Below are positions 8,901 through 18,987 of a stretch of 64,000 nt of DNA, one piece after another; the stretch's first letter is position 1, and every line of letters begins with the position of its first letter. The position numbers and the translations under genes were made by a program. The notes below the pieces were generated by a model. It was given only the letters and a program-made list of their open reading frames with translations, did no database searches and was not told the DNA's origin. Origin of the DNA: an uncultured cyanobacterium (GTDB taxonomy: Bacteria > Cyanobacteriota > Cyanobacteriia > Pseudanabaenales > Pseudanabaenaceae); NCBI GenBank assembly GCA_963703315.1, contig OY969811.1, positions 832,001 through 896,000 on the forward strand, read 5' to 3'.

Positions 8901-9925
8901 TAGGGAATCAGAGGAATCGTTTTACTACGAGTAAACTGCTCATAGGCGGACTCTAAATTAGTGGAATATAGACCTTTAAATTTGTAGTCTTTGTAAGCAT
9001 CAGGTACTTTTGCAAACTTCTCTAGCACTTGTTCTTTAGTTAAAATCTGAGCTTTCCATTCTAAAGCTGTGCGTTCTAACCAACTGAAATAAGCTTGCTG
9101 AGCTTGTAAACCTGTCACATCAGTGACATCACCATGTCCAGGGACAACCTTCGCCTCAGGATAAGTCGCAATCAAGCGATATAAACTACCTTGCCATTGA
9201 CGAATATCACTGTCACCAGTGTAAGGAATGCGTTTATTAAATACCATATCGCCTGTAAATAGAACTTTGGCATCAGGCACATAGGCAACCAGATCAGTAC
9301 CCGCCGAATGTCCATCTACGCGCTCAATGCGAATTTGGCGATCGCCTAACCAAATGTCAGTTTGGCTATTAATAACCACCGTTGGAGGTGTTACCCCAGC
9401 AGTATTATTTTTGCCATTTTGAATATATTCGCGGATCACGCCACGCCCCATCACAGGAACTTCACGCTTTACAAAGGCAGCATTCCCACCAGTATGATCA
9501 AAGTGGTAATGCGTATTTAGCACATATTTGATCGGCTTATCGGTTAACGATTTCACTGTGGAAATTAATAGTTCAGCTAGTTCAGTTGTTTGGAATGGAT
9601 CGATTACCAATACACCCTCACTACCAATGACAAAACCACCATTGCAAATTGCCACCGCAGGACTCAAGGGAGGAAAGTCAGTGCTAGCAACTAGGGCATA
9701 AATTCCTTGAGCAACTTCTTGCAGTTGTAAGCCAGCAGCTTGCAAACTAGTCGTTTTAACAGATGTCTCTACAGGTTGGGTTTGTGCCTGAATCTGTGGC
9801 TGAGTTTTGGGTTGATTTTGCGACTCCACAGGCATCCAACCAGATCCGAGCATTATTGACAAAATTGTGGCGATCGCCGCCAACATTGATGCCAATAGGT
9901 ATTTAATTTTTAGCTTTTTCTGCAT
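8900..9925 (-). CDS. Exported MBL-fold metallo-hydrolase
   Basis: NTHYHFDHTGGN, GHSAGTD, FTGD, VPGHG; N-terminal hydrophobic segment. Confidence 0.9.
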   Translation of the reverse strand: MQKKLKIKYLLASMLAAIATILSIMLGSGWMPVESQNQPKTQPQIQAQTQPVETSVKTTSLQAAGLQLQEVAQGIYALVASTDFPPLSPAVAICNGGFVIGSEGVLVIDPFQTTELAELLISTVKSLTDKPIKYVLNTHYHFDHTGGNAAFVKREVPVMGRGVIREYIQNGKNNTAGVTPPTVVINSQTDIWLGDRQIRIERVDGHSAGTDLVAYVPDAKVLFTGDMVFNKRIPYTGDSDIRQWQGSLYRLIATYPEAKVVPGHGDVTDVTGLQAQQAYFSWLERTALEWKAQILTKEQVLEKFAKVPDAYKDYKFKGLYSTNLESAYEQFTRSKTIPLIP

Positions 9926-10023
9926 CTTAATTCCATTAGAGCTAGATTTTGAAGTTGTTAAGCTTCCAACTTAGTTTAAACCAAATAAAAACTAAAGAGC
10001 ATAGGCTACACTTTGCATCAACC

Positions 10024-10185
10024 CAAAACCCAAAAGGGAAGTGCGGCGCAAAGCGCCGCACTTCCCTTTTGGGTTTTGAATCCAAGTGGCAACAACTATA
10101 GAACTATGGGCGCAAACAAATAAGATCAAAACCCAAAAAACTAGAGGCTGTGCAAAGCACAGCCTCTAGTTTTTTGGGTTTTGAT
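10024..10185. repeat. Two long triloop hairpins with CAAAACCCAAAA outer arms
   Basis: caaaacccaaaagggaagtgcggcgc-aaa-gcgccgcac... (10024-10078) and atcaaaacccaaaaaactagaggctgtgc-aaa-gcacagcc... (10124-10185). Confidence 0.9.
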
Positions 10186-10251
10186 GTTTGGTATAGTATC
10201 AGACAAGCTTTGTGCTTATCCCCCAACTGAAGGTCATTTCTTAAATTAGAC

Positions 10252-10917
10252 ATGAAAAAGTATTTTTCCCTTGCCGCAGGTTTAGTTTTATTTGCAGTCA
10301 GTGCTTGCTCCCCAGAGGCTCCTGTAGCTAATAAGGCAACACCCTCCACAGCCGCCTCACCTACAGCCAAAGCTTCAGACAAGCCTGCTGATCCGAAAAG
10401 CACCACCGATAATAAATCAGATACCAAATCAGATCCAAAATCTACAGCTAATGCTGCGGGTTGGCAAGATTACAAGTCATCGGCTGGGAAATTTAGCATT
10501 CAAGTACCGAGCAAGCCCCAAGAGCAGTCTCAAGATCAAACAACAGATGTGGGAACCATTAAGCTCAATATGGTGATTGCGGAAGCCAATGATTCAGGAT
10601 ACTTCGTTGGTTATGCTGACTTCCCTAATAAAATCGCTAATCCTGCGGATATTCAAAAGGGTTTAGGGGATTCTGTTAAAGGTTCGGTCGCCAATCTCAA
10701 GGGAGAAATTAAGTCTGAGAAAGAATATTTGTTGGGTGATATTCCTTGTCGTGATTTTGAAGCGGGAGGCAAGGTACAGGCAACCGATGTATCGATGAAG
10801 GGGCGTTTCTGTCTAGCTGATAACCGTCTGTATCAAGTGTTTGCACTAGGTGCTAAAGATAAGATTTCCAATACGGATGTCGATCGCTTTATTAACTCTT
10901 TCAAAATTGAAAAATAG
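10252..10917 (+). CDS. Putative lipoprotein with S/T/P/A-rich linker
   Basis: Lipobox VSA-C, low-complexity linker, globular C-domain beginning WQDYKSSAGKFSIQVP. Confidence 0.75.
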   Translation: MKKYFSLAAGLVLFAVSACSPEAPVANKATPSTAASPTAKASDKPADPKSTTDNKSDTKSDPKSTANAAGWQDYKSSAGKFSIQVPSKPQEQSQDQTTDVGTIKLNMVIAEANDSGYFVGYADFPNKIANPADIQKGLGDSVKGSVANLKGEIKSEKEYLLGDIPCRDFEAGGKVQATDVSMKGRFCLADNRLYQVFALGAKDKISNTDVDRFINSFKIEK

Positions 10918-10932
10918 TTAACAACCCATTCA

Positions 10933-10963
10933 TAGAGTAGCGGTGCGAAGCGCCGCTACTCTA
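10933..10963. repeat. Triloop hairpin overlapping the crtA 3' end
   Basis: tagagtagcggtgc-gaa-gcgccgctactcta; the right arm covers the last codons and stop of the minus-strand gene. Confidence 0.85.
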
Positions 10964-11831
10964 GTTCTTCTTCGTGAGTAAGCCAATTACACAAAGCTAA
11001 CAATATCGATACGGCTACAACTGAAAATATTTGAGAGCCATCGCCATCGTGCCAATACTTAAATACATCGAGTTGCTTAGAAATGATCACCAACAAAGCT
11101 ACTCGCAAAGAATTGACGATAAAGGCGATCGCGATCGCGGAAGGGAAGAGAATCCACTGATGAAATCTCGATACGGGAAAGACTAAGACAAACATCAAAG
11201 TAATTCGTAGCAGCATAAAGATCGGCGGTAAACCTGCACAACCACGCGCCACTTCTACGGCTCCAAATTGACTGATGATCGTCACTCCCTGCTGCGTAAC
11301 ATTGACACCGCCGTACCATAATGCCGAATTAGCAAACTGAGCCGTAAAGGTATTGACAGGAATTACTTTTTCGATCGCCGCAAATAAGAAAGGAATGGGA
11401 ATTCCTAAAGTACCTGATAAGAGAATCGCTTGCCAATACTGTTTTAATCCTTTCCAGCCTGAAGCAATAAGCGCGATACCCACCGTTGCCATCACAGGCG
11501 TGAGGATAAACAAAATATCGTTAATGCGTCGAGTCAAAAGACTTTTAATCAGTACCCAAATGATTAGCAATGCGCCAACCGCGATCGCCGAAGGTGTACT
11601 CTCAAATTTGAGGTAGTGACGATTGCGAATAACTAATAAAACGGCAACTGCCCAAGTTAAAAGCTGAATCGCAAAATCATCAATACTATCTCCCAGTCGC
11701 CCGATCAGAGTTAAGTTAATCGCAATGAGACTGACCCATGTTACTAATAACCAAAATTCTAATTTACTAGTCGCTTTGTGCAGATCACTTTGTAAATGAT
11801 GGAAGTCACCGCGCAAAATATGATTGAGCAT
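10956..11831 (-). CDS. crtA: Cyanoexosortase A (exosortase family transpeptidase)
   Basis: Multi-TM protein; VEVARGCAG (catalytic Cys), NSLRVA (Arg), YWHDGDGSQIF (His). Confidence 0.85.
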   Translation of the reverse strand: MLNHILRGDFHHLQSDLHKATSKLEFWLLVTWVSLIAINLTLIGRLGDSIDDFAIQLLTWAVAVLLVIRNRHYLKFESTPSAIAVGALLIIWVLIKSLLTRRINDILFILTPVMATVGIALIASGWKGLKQYWQAILLSGTLGIPIPFLFAAIEKVIPVNTFTAQFANSALWYGGVNVTQQGVTIISQFGAVEVARGCAGLPPIFMLLRITLMFVLVFPVSRFHQWILFPSAIAIAFIVNSLRVALLVIISKQLDVFKYWHDGDGSQIFSVVAVSILLALCNWLTHEEELE

Positions 11832-11845
11832 AGCTTACTAAACAA

Positions 11846-11879
11846 AAATAAAGGCGACACAAAGTGTCGCCTTTATTTT
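11846..11879. repeat. Triloop hairpin downstream of ctaE
   Basis: aaaataaaggcgacac-aaa-gtgtcgcctttatttt. Confidence 0.85.
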
Positions 11880-11883
11880 ATAG

Positions 11884-12507
11884 CTAAAGAATATAGAGTA
11901 GTAAAAATAAGACAATCCAGACAATATCGACAAAGTGCCAATATACAGAGGCGGCTTCGATGCCAAAATGACTAGTGCTGCTGTAATGCCCAGTTTTGAG
12001 CGATCGCACTAATACTGTGGCAATCAGCGACAAGCCAATAATTACGTGCAGACCATGAAAGCCTGTTAACACATAAAAAGTGCTAGCAAAAAGATTTGTA
12101 GTTAGTCCAAATTCTAAATGCTGATACTCATATATTTGTCCAGCAATGAAGATCGCGCCCATGATAAATGTGGCGAGAAACCATAGCTGAGCCGCTTTGA
12201 CTTTATTTTCTTTGATGGCACTATCAGCTTGATGAATCACAAAACTGCTGGATACCAGAATAATTGTATTAATCCCTGGTAAAAGCAGTTCGAGTTCGGG
12301 CGTGCCTTCGGGGGGCCAAGATGTGGCAACGGAGCGAAAAGTCAAATAAGCAGCAAACAAACCAAAAAATAGCATTCCTTCAGAAATCAGGAAGACAATC
12401 AAGCCAAAAACTCGTAAATCTGGATGTTCGGCATGACCTGCTTCGACAGCATGATCAAGGGCAATATCTGGGTTTGTAGCAGTAACTGGAGCGATCGATC
12501 CTTGCAT
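11884..12507 (-). CDS. ctaE: Cytochrome c oxidase subunit III
   Basis: FLISEGMLF, TGFHGLHV, YWHFVDIVW. Confidence 0.95.
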   Translation of the reverse strand: MQGSIAPVTATNPDIALDHAVEAGHAEHPDLRVFGLIVFLISEGMLFFGLFAAYLTFRSVATSWPPEGTPELELLLPGINTIILVSSSFVIHQADSAIKENKVKAAQLWFLATFIMGAIFIAGQIYEYQHLEFGLTTNLFASTFYVLTGFHGLHVIIGLSLIATVLVRSLKTGHYSSTSHFGIEAASVYWHFVDIVWIVLFLLLYIL

Positions 12508-12552
12508 AGGTAAATGTTTGGATAAATGAACTGGAGAAAAATTTGAAGTTTT

Positions 12553-12582
12553 GATGCGTTACGCTGCGCTAACGCATCCTAC
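12553..12582 (-). repeat. GTAG-type REP
   Basis: Minus strand reads gtaggatgcgttagc-gca-gcgtaacgcatc. Confidence 0.75.
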
Positions 12583-12595
12583 ATAGAATTTAAGA

Positions 12596-14260
12596 TTAAG
12601 CTGCGGATTGTGAAGCCGCGATCGCCTCTTTACGAGCCTCTTTATATTCTTCACCGTAGTCATAGGGACCGTTTAATAAAACAGGCTCACCAACCCAGTT
12701 ATGGGGAATTGGTGGTGAAGAGGTTGTCCATTCTAGAGTCAAGGCATTCCAAGGGTTATCAGGTGCTTGTTCGCCCTTAAACCAACTATAGACAGCATTG
12801 ATTACAAAAGGAACTGTAGAAATCGCCAGAATAAATGCGCCGATGGTGCAAATCACATTGATCGGTGCAAATTGCGGATCGTACTGAGCCACGCGGCGCG
12901 GCATACCTTGCAAACCCAGAATATGCATCGGACCAAAGGTTAAATGCATTCCGATAAAGGTCAGCACAAAATGCACCTTGCCCCAAAATTCGTTCAACAT
13001 CCGACCTGTCATTTTCGGGAACCAGTGATATAGCCCCGCGTAAATACCGAATACGCTGCCACCAAAGAGGACGTAATGGAAGTGAGCAACTACGAAATAG
13101 GTATCGTGAACGTGGATATCAATCGGAGCCGAGCCAAGCATAACCCCGCTCAATCCACCGATGAGGAAGGTGGAGATAAAGCCCATCGCAAATAACAAAG
13201 GACTCTCTAAGCGTAACTTACCACCCCACAGCGTCGCTACCCAACTAAATACCTTGATTCCCGTTGGCACTGCAACTAGCAAAGTCGCCACCATGAAGAA
13301 CACGCGCAACCAGTCAGGTGTGCCGCTAGTAAACATATGGTGCGCCCACACAAACAAGCCCAAAGCACAAATCATCATGCTGGAATAGGCGATCGCTTTG
13401 TACCCAAAAATTGGCTTGCGGCTATGGGGAGGCAAAACTTCAGAGATGATGCCAAATACGGGTAGCACCATCACATAGACGGCAGGGTGCGAGTAAAACC
13501 AGAATAAGTGCTGATAGACAACGGGATCACCGCCGCCTGTGGGGTTAAAGAAGTTTGTACCGATCAATAAATCAAACCCTAGTAGCACCATTGCGCCAGC
13601 TAAGACTGGCGTTGCCAAAAGAGCAAGTACTGAGGTTGCCATCATCGCCCAACAAAATAGGGGCATACTGAACAGATCCATTTCAGGCATCCGCATCGCC
13701 CAGATTGTGACAATGAAATTCACTGCCGCCAAAATCGATGAGGTTCCTACTAAAAGGATGCTGCCAATCCAAATTGCTTGACCAACGTGTTCATTGGTCA
13801 AAATGCTCAAAGGTGGATAGGCTGTCCAACCTGTTGAGGCAGGACCAAAAAAGAAGCTGCTCATGAGTAACAATCCCGCAGGAATCGTCAACCAAAAGGC
13901 GATCGCATTCAATTTAGGAAAAGCCATGTCACGCGCCCCAATCATCAAGGGGATTAGGTAGTTCCCAAAACCACCCGTCACCGCAGGCACGATCCACAAA
14001 AAGATCATCACCGTGCCATGCATGGTAAACAGGCTGTTATAAAAAGCGGGATCGACTAGATCGGAATCTGGCGTGGCAAGTTCTGCCCGCACAACCGAGG
14101 CAAGCGCCCCACCGACTAAATAAAATACAAAAGATGTAACGAGATATTGAATCCCAATAATCTTGTGATCGACGCTAAAGGTGAAAAATTCCCACCAAAG
14201 AGTTTTTTGGGGTTCTAGTCCCGCGCCCGAATTTTCGGTTGGGATAAGGGTTTGAGTCAT
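12596..14260 (-). CDS. ctaD: Cytochrome c oxidase subunit I
   Basis: DHKIIGIQY, HGTVMIF, WFYSHPAVY, WAHHMF, VAHFHYV. Confidence 0.97.
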   Translation of the reverse strand: MTQTLIPTENSGAGLEPQKTLWWEFFTFSVDHKIIGIQYLVTSFVFYLVGGALASVVRAELATPDSDLVDPAFYNSLFTMHGTVMIFLWIVPAVTGGFGNYLIPLMIGARDMAFPKLNAIAFWLTIPAGLLLMSSFFFGPASTGWTAYPPLSILTNEHVGQAIWIGSILLVGTSSILAAVNFIVTIWAMRMPEMDLFSMPLFCWAMMATSVLALLATPVLAGAMVLLGFDLLIGTNFFNPTGGGDPVVYQHLFWFYSHPAVYVMVLPVFGIISEVLPPHSRKPIFGYKAIAYSSMMICALGLFVWAHHMFTSGTPDWLRVFFMVATLLVAVPTGIKVFSWVATLWGGKLRLESPLLFAMGFISTFLIGGLSGVMLGSAPIDIHVHDTYFVVAHFHYVLFGGSVFGIYAGLYHWFPKMTGRMLNEFWGKVHFVLTFIGMHLTFGPMHILGLQGMPRRVAQYDPQFAPINVICTIGAFILAISTVPFVINAVYSWFKGEQAPDNPWNALTLEWTTSSPPIPHNWVGEPVLLNGPYDYGEEYKEARKEAIAASQSAA

Positions 14261-14324
14261 AGGAGAATGTTTGTAAGATAAGTGCTGTTTTGGTATTTAT
14301 CAATCTGGACTTAGCCACATTGAT

Positions 14325-15308
14325 TTAATGGTTCATCATCATGTGTTGATGCTCGCCGCCGAGTTGAGCAACTTTGCCTGCTAAATATTCTTGTTCAGAC
14401 ATTTGCGATACTGACGAGCTTGAGTTTGTAGCCACGATCGCTTCAGGATCGTTACTAGCAATTTCTTGCTGCTCCTTTAACCATGCTTGATAGTCTTCAG
14501 GGGTATCGATTACCATCGTGGTACGCATACCACCATGATAAGAGCCACATAACTCAGCACAGACTACAGGATATTCGCCAACCACACGCGGCGTAAATTC
14601 GAGATAGGTTTCACGTCCAGGAATCACATCTTGTTTGATCCGTAATTGAGGAACCCAAAAAGCATGAAGTACATCAACAGCATTCATGTTGAGGCGAATC
14701 TTTTTACCAACAGGGACATGGAGTTCAGCAGTTGCGATTTCGTCGGTATAGTTAAAAATCCATGCAAACTGCATTGCGCTAACATTAATCGCGACAACAT
14801 CATCACTACCAGCAGGCAATGTACCTGCCATTAGCACGCCGTCACTATTTGATGAGGCAAGAGTTGCTTTTGACATTGGCATTCCCCCTCTTTCATGATT
14901 AGCATTGGCAACAGTTTGATGCATTCCGCCATGAGCCATGCCACCAAGATCCTGTGTGCCTTGCATCGCGGTGTATACGTCAAAGCTATAAATGGCTACC
15001 CACATCACAATCACCGTGGGGATAGCTGTCCAAACGATTTCAAGGCTCAAGTTTTCATGAATGGCGGGACCATCGGTGTCATCACCCTTACGCCGCCGAA
15101 ACTTGATGATCGAATAGATCAATACGCCTTCAACAATCAGGAAAAATCCAAAGGCGATCGCTAAGATCGTATTAAAAAGTCCATCATATAAAACGGCTTC
15201 GTCACCTGCGGCAACTGGTAGTAAGCCATTATTGCGACCGTACCAAATGCTAGCCGCAAAAATCAGCCCAATGATTACGACCACTGAAATTAAGTTGTTT
15301 TTTTTCAT
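14325..15308 (-). CDS. ctaC: Cytochrome c oxidase subunit II
   Basis: LEIVWTAIP, DVLHAFWVP, CuA motif CAELCGSYHGGM. Confidence 0.95.
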   Translation of the reverse strand: MKKNNLISVVVIIGLIFAASIWYGRNNGLLPVAAGDEAVLYDGLFNTILAIAFGFFLIVEGVLIYSIIKFRRRKGDDTDGPAIHENLSLEIVWTAIPTVIVMWVAIYSFDVYTAMQGTQDLGGMAHGGMHQTVANANHERGGMPMSKATLASSNSDGVLMAGTLPAGSDDVVAINVSAMQFAWIFNYTDEIATAELHVPVGKKIRLNMNAVDVLHAFWVPQLRIKQDVIPGRETYLEFTPRVVGEYPVVCAELCGSYHGGMRTTMVIDTPEDYQAWLKEQQEIASNDPEAIVATNSSSSVSQMSEQEYLAGKVAQLGGEHQHMMMNH

Positions 15309-15493
15309 GACTTAGGTTGCCCTATCTTGCTGCTCCTATAAAGTGGATCTGGGTCAATTGGAGCTTACTAGCAGCTCATTTTCTAAATCAGGACAGATTG
15401 ACATAATCTCTATCTTGCATCTATTTCTAGAATGAGGGGCAATTGTTTGTAATCTTTTAGCAATTTCTTTGGGATCGCTGTAAAAATTAAGTA

Positions 15494-15546
15494 TAAAACC
15501 CTAAAACTTGTAGCGCACAGCGTGCGCTACAAGTTTTAGGGTTTTA
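15494..15546. repeat. Long hairpin in the ctaC / hypothetical gene divergent region
   Basis: taaaaccctaaaacttgtagcgcac-agc-gtgcgctacaagttttagggtttta. Confidence 0.88.
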
Positions 15547-15563
15547 ATTACGTCGAGGGACTT

Positions 15564-16058
15564 ATGGAAGATCATCAGAATTTTCTTTATGAATATACTA
15601 AGTTTTGCTTAGAGCAAGCACAGCATGGAGTGGACAATCTGGGTACAAAACTGGCTGGGGTAATGGAAATTAGTGCCTTGTTGTTACTGGGTTTGCGAGT
15701 TACCTCCACCTTTCAAATCTATGTTAAGCCCGAACAAGCCCATTTCTACTTTCTCTATCTGAGTCTCAAACTTTCAGCTTGTGTGGCTCTGGCGATCGCG
15801 ATCGCCTTTGCCGTATGGGGATTATATCCTCGCAAAGTTATGGCAACTGGGCTTTCGCCTGAAGTATTGATGCAAAATAGCGGTAGTTTGCAAACAGCGA
15901 TCGCGCAGACATGGATGCAACAAATTGATGACCTGCAAGCCTATAAAGAAGCACGTACGGTATTTTTGCGTAAGGCAATGATTTCATTAGGTATTGGCAT
16001 TGCGATCGCAACTTTTGCGACTACTGATGCTTTTTTCATGGCAATATCAGGACATTAA
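15564..16058 (+). CDS. Hypothetical membrane protein (2-3 TM)
   Basis: 164-aa ORF with hydrophobic segments and HIP1 sites; no motif recognised. Confidence 0.6.
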   Translation: MEDHQNFLYEYTKFCLEQAQHGVDNLGTKLAGVMEISALLLLGLRVTSTFQIYVKPEQAHFYFLYLSLKLSACVALAIAIAFAVWGLYPRKVMATGLSPEVLMQNSGSLQTAIAQTWMQQIDDLQAYKEARTVFLRKAMISLGIGIAIATFATTDAFFMAISGH

Positions 16059-16149
16059 GATCAGAAAGAGCCGCGCCAAAGGGGCAGGTCTTTCGGAAAC
16101 TGCAAATTTTAGATATTTTTAGATATTTATTGAAGATCAATCTAAGCCT

Positions 16150-17556
16150 ATGTTGACTACTTTTTTAATGTCTGTACTGACAACCACCTCAGTTTCGCCG
16201 CATCCAAATGTTGTTACCACTCCCAATTTAGGGAATAAAGTTGCTCAAGCTGCTAATCAAAGACAAATTATTTTAGATCGCCAAGAAATGCGTCCACTCA
16301 TGGGTAAGTTGGACGAAGTACCGATGTTTAACAGCAATAGCCCTGAAATTGTGCAAACAGAAGGAATTTTGCTATCGGCTTTTCCTCCTCAAGGTATGGC
16401 ATATCCAAAGGCGCATTTAAACTTTCCCTTTCAAGGACGTTTTGATCTGTTCACGCACCATATTTCTAAAGCACCACCACCAACAGATTTACGGACTTTA
16501 TATATTGGGGCGATCGCCTATAACCCCACCGATAAACCTGTAACTATTGATATTCTTCAAGGGGCAAGCTATCTTAGTCAGCCCGATGCGCCATTTTATG
16601 AAGCACCTAATTACTCCTTAAATAACAATGGGGAAACCTATCGTGGACCGGGCGATCGCGCCATGCTCGACATTTTGCGTGGTCGTCGTCAAGATATCTT
16701 CCCTGCTCAGATTATCATTTCGCCTAAACAAAGCCGAATGCTGATGAATGTGCCAATTCCCGTTAAGGAATTAGATCCACCCTTAAATGGGCGATCGGGC
16801 TTATCGCGTTTACGCAGTGATGGCAAAGTTTACGTGGCGACTCTGGCTCTTTATGCTCGTCTTAATGCTGATGGAACCGAACGCGCTCCTAATCTTGAAG
16901 AATGGGAAAACATTCTCAAAAATGGTGAGCTAGCTAAACCTCGCGATGTTGTGCCTACGCCTCCAGATTTAACGGAAGGAGCCTTTGAATATAGCCGTGT
17001 GGCTGGTATTCAGCTTGGTTCGCAGTGGTTTGGGAACTTAACCGATAAGGATAGTAATGACTTAGCAATTCCCCAACGAGGCGAATCCTATTCCTACGGC
17101 TTGAGTCTGCTGCAATACGGCACGATGGGAACGGGACAGGTACAAACAGCACCGCTAAAAGTGCGCTATCCAGACACTGCCTATTCTGCTCATGGTAATT
17201 ATGGTGTGCAGTACAACCTAACGCTGCCTTTACATAACTCCACTAACGAAACGCAAACCGTCGTTCTCTCTTTCCAAAATCCAATCAAATACGATAAACC
17301 CGTTGGCGGCTTGCAATTCTTTGAACCTTTACCCGATGATGTATTTTTCCGAGGTTCGGTGCGGGTAAGATTTCGGGATGACAGAGGGTTAGCGCAAACC
17401 CGTTATGTACATCTGATGATGAAGCGCGGCGAACGGGGTAAGTCTTTGGTTACGCTCACGATGCCACCAAGCGATCGCCGTGTTGTCCAGTTTGATTTTC
17501 TCTATCCTGCGGATGCCACACCACCACAGGTTTTGACAGTAACGACTACACCATAA
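16150..17556 (+). CDS. DUF3370 family protein
   Basis: PMFNSNSPE..GILLS.FP, SYLSQPDAPF, AHGNYGVQY, LYPADATPPQVLT. Confidence 0.88.
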   Translation: MLTTFLMSVLTTTSVSPHPNVVTTPNLGNKVAQAANQRQIILDRQEMRPLMGKLDEVPMFNSNSPEIVQTEGILLSAFPPQGMAYPKAHLNFPFQGRFDLFTHHISKAPPPTDLRTLYIGAIAYNPTDKPVTIDILQGASYLSQPDAPFYEAPNYSLNNNGETYRGPGDRAMLDILRGRRQDIFPAQIIISPKQSRMLMNVPIPVKELDPPLNGRSGLSRLRSDGKVYVATLALYARLNADGTERAPNLEEWENILKNGELAKPRDVVPTPPDLTEGAFEYSRVAGIQLGSQWFGNLTDKDSNDLAIPQRGESYSYGLSLLQYGTMGTGQVQTAPLKVRYPDTAYSAHGNYGVQYNLTLPLHNSTNETQTVVLSFQNPIKYDKPVGGLQFFEPLPDDVFFRGSVRVRFRDDRGLAQTRYVHLMMKRGERGKSLVTLTMPPSDRRVVQFDFLYPADATPPQVLTVTTTP

Positions 17557-17646
17557 ATTAGCGATCGTTTAGAATATTCTCAAACCTTTATAATTACTAA
17601 GTGGTGTTTATCATAAATATCACTTGGTAAACCTATATAAAAAACA

Positions 17647-18987
17647 ATGAAAATAAATTGGCTATCAATAAAAGATTTTCGTGGATTTAGAGATTGCGGA
17701 ATCACTTTTCCTAATAACTCTAATATTGTTGTGTTTATCGGTATAAATGGAGCGGGGAAATCCGCAATTTTAGAAGCGATTAGTATTTTATTAAATGTAT
17801 TAGTTAAAGATATTTGTTCTCAAAAAAGAACTTCTCCTTTATCATATAAAGAACTTAGTTCAGACGACATAAATTTAAATGCAAAAAGCTATCGACTTGA
17901 TATGATCTTTTCTAGCCAAGTTAAGAATTATCAGGTTTTTAGAGATAAGGATTTAGGAGATAAGTATAATATTACATTAGTCTATAAACAGAATCGTATC
18001 GATGGAACTTATAGAGACTTTGTGAAAAATATTAAATCTTCAATTTTAGAGTCTGAACTTGAATTATTAGATTTACCGATATTTATTTATTACTCGATTA
18101 ATCGTAATGTTGTAGACAACACGAAAAATGGTAAACCTAAACAGATAAACAAATATCAAGAACCTCAATATTTAGCATATGAGAATGCTTTTGCTAGTCA
18201 TGTAAACTCATTTAATGAATTTGTGCAATGGTTTAAGACGGAAGAAGATTTTGAGAATCAACTTCAAAAAGACCATAAAGATTTTGATTATCGTAATAGA
18301 AGACTAGAAGTTATTAGATATGCTATTAACAAGTTTCTAAATTTATTTGATTTTGCAAAATTTTCTGATTTAAAAATAGAAAGAGAACGAACTATTAACT
18401 ATCCTATTAGTCTTAGTCAAGAATCTATTGTAAGTTCTCTGACTATTGATAAGGATGGGCAAAGATTTAAGTTTTCACAGCTTTCATCGGGTGAAAAAAT
18501 GATGCTGTCTTTGGTTGTGGATATTGCGAGGAGATTAGCGATCGCTAATCCAAGCTTAGAAAATAAATTAGAAGGTGAAGGCATTGTATTAGTTGATGAA
18601 ATCGATCTACATTTGCATCCACAATGGCAACGTAAACTTCTACCCGCACTTACGCATACTTTCCCAAATATTCAATTTATTGTCACGACACATTCACCAC
18701 AAGTTTTAAGTCATTTGCCTAAAGAAAGTGTCTTTTTACTAGAAGACAATAAAATTAGCGATCGGGAAATTTATACAGAAGGACGCGATAGTAATTCTAT
18801 TCTACTCGATGCTTTTCATGTCCCCGAAGTTGACAAGGAATATGAAGTGGAAATCAAAGAAATATATGACTTGATCAGTAACTATGATTCAGAAAATGCA
18901 CAGCATAAACTGGAAAAACTTAAAGAAAAGCGTGGAGAATATGATCGCGAAATAATGCGAATGCAATCATATATTGATATTTTATGA
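17647..18987 (+). CDS. ABC-like AAA ATPase, Septu PtuA-like
   Basis: GINGAGKS, QLSSGEKMMLSLVVDIARRLAIANP, LVDEIDLHLHPQWQ, FIVTTHSPQV; AT-rich. Confidence 0.8.
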   Translation: MKINWLSIKDFRGFRDCGITFPNNSNIVVFIGINGAGKSAILEAISILLNVLVKDICSQKRTSPLSYKELSSDDINLNAKSYRLDMIFSSQVKNYQVFRDKDLGDKYNITLVYKQNRIDGTYRDFVKNIKSSILESELELLDLPIFIYYSINRNVVDNTKNGKPKQINKYQEPQYLAYENAFASHVNSFNEFVQWFKTEEDFENQLQKDHKDFDYRNRRLEVIRYAINKFLNLFDFAKFSDLKIERERTINYPISLSQESIVSSLTIDKDGQRFKFSQLSSGEKMMLSLVVDIARRLAIANPSLENKLEGEGIVLVDEIDLHLHPQWQRKLLPALTHTFPNIQFIVTTHSPQVLSHLPKESVFLLEDNKISDREIYTEGRDSNSILLDAFHVPEVDKEYEVEIKEIYDLISNYDSENAQHKLEKLKEKRGEYDREIMRMQSYIDIL

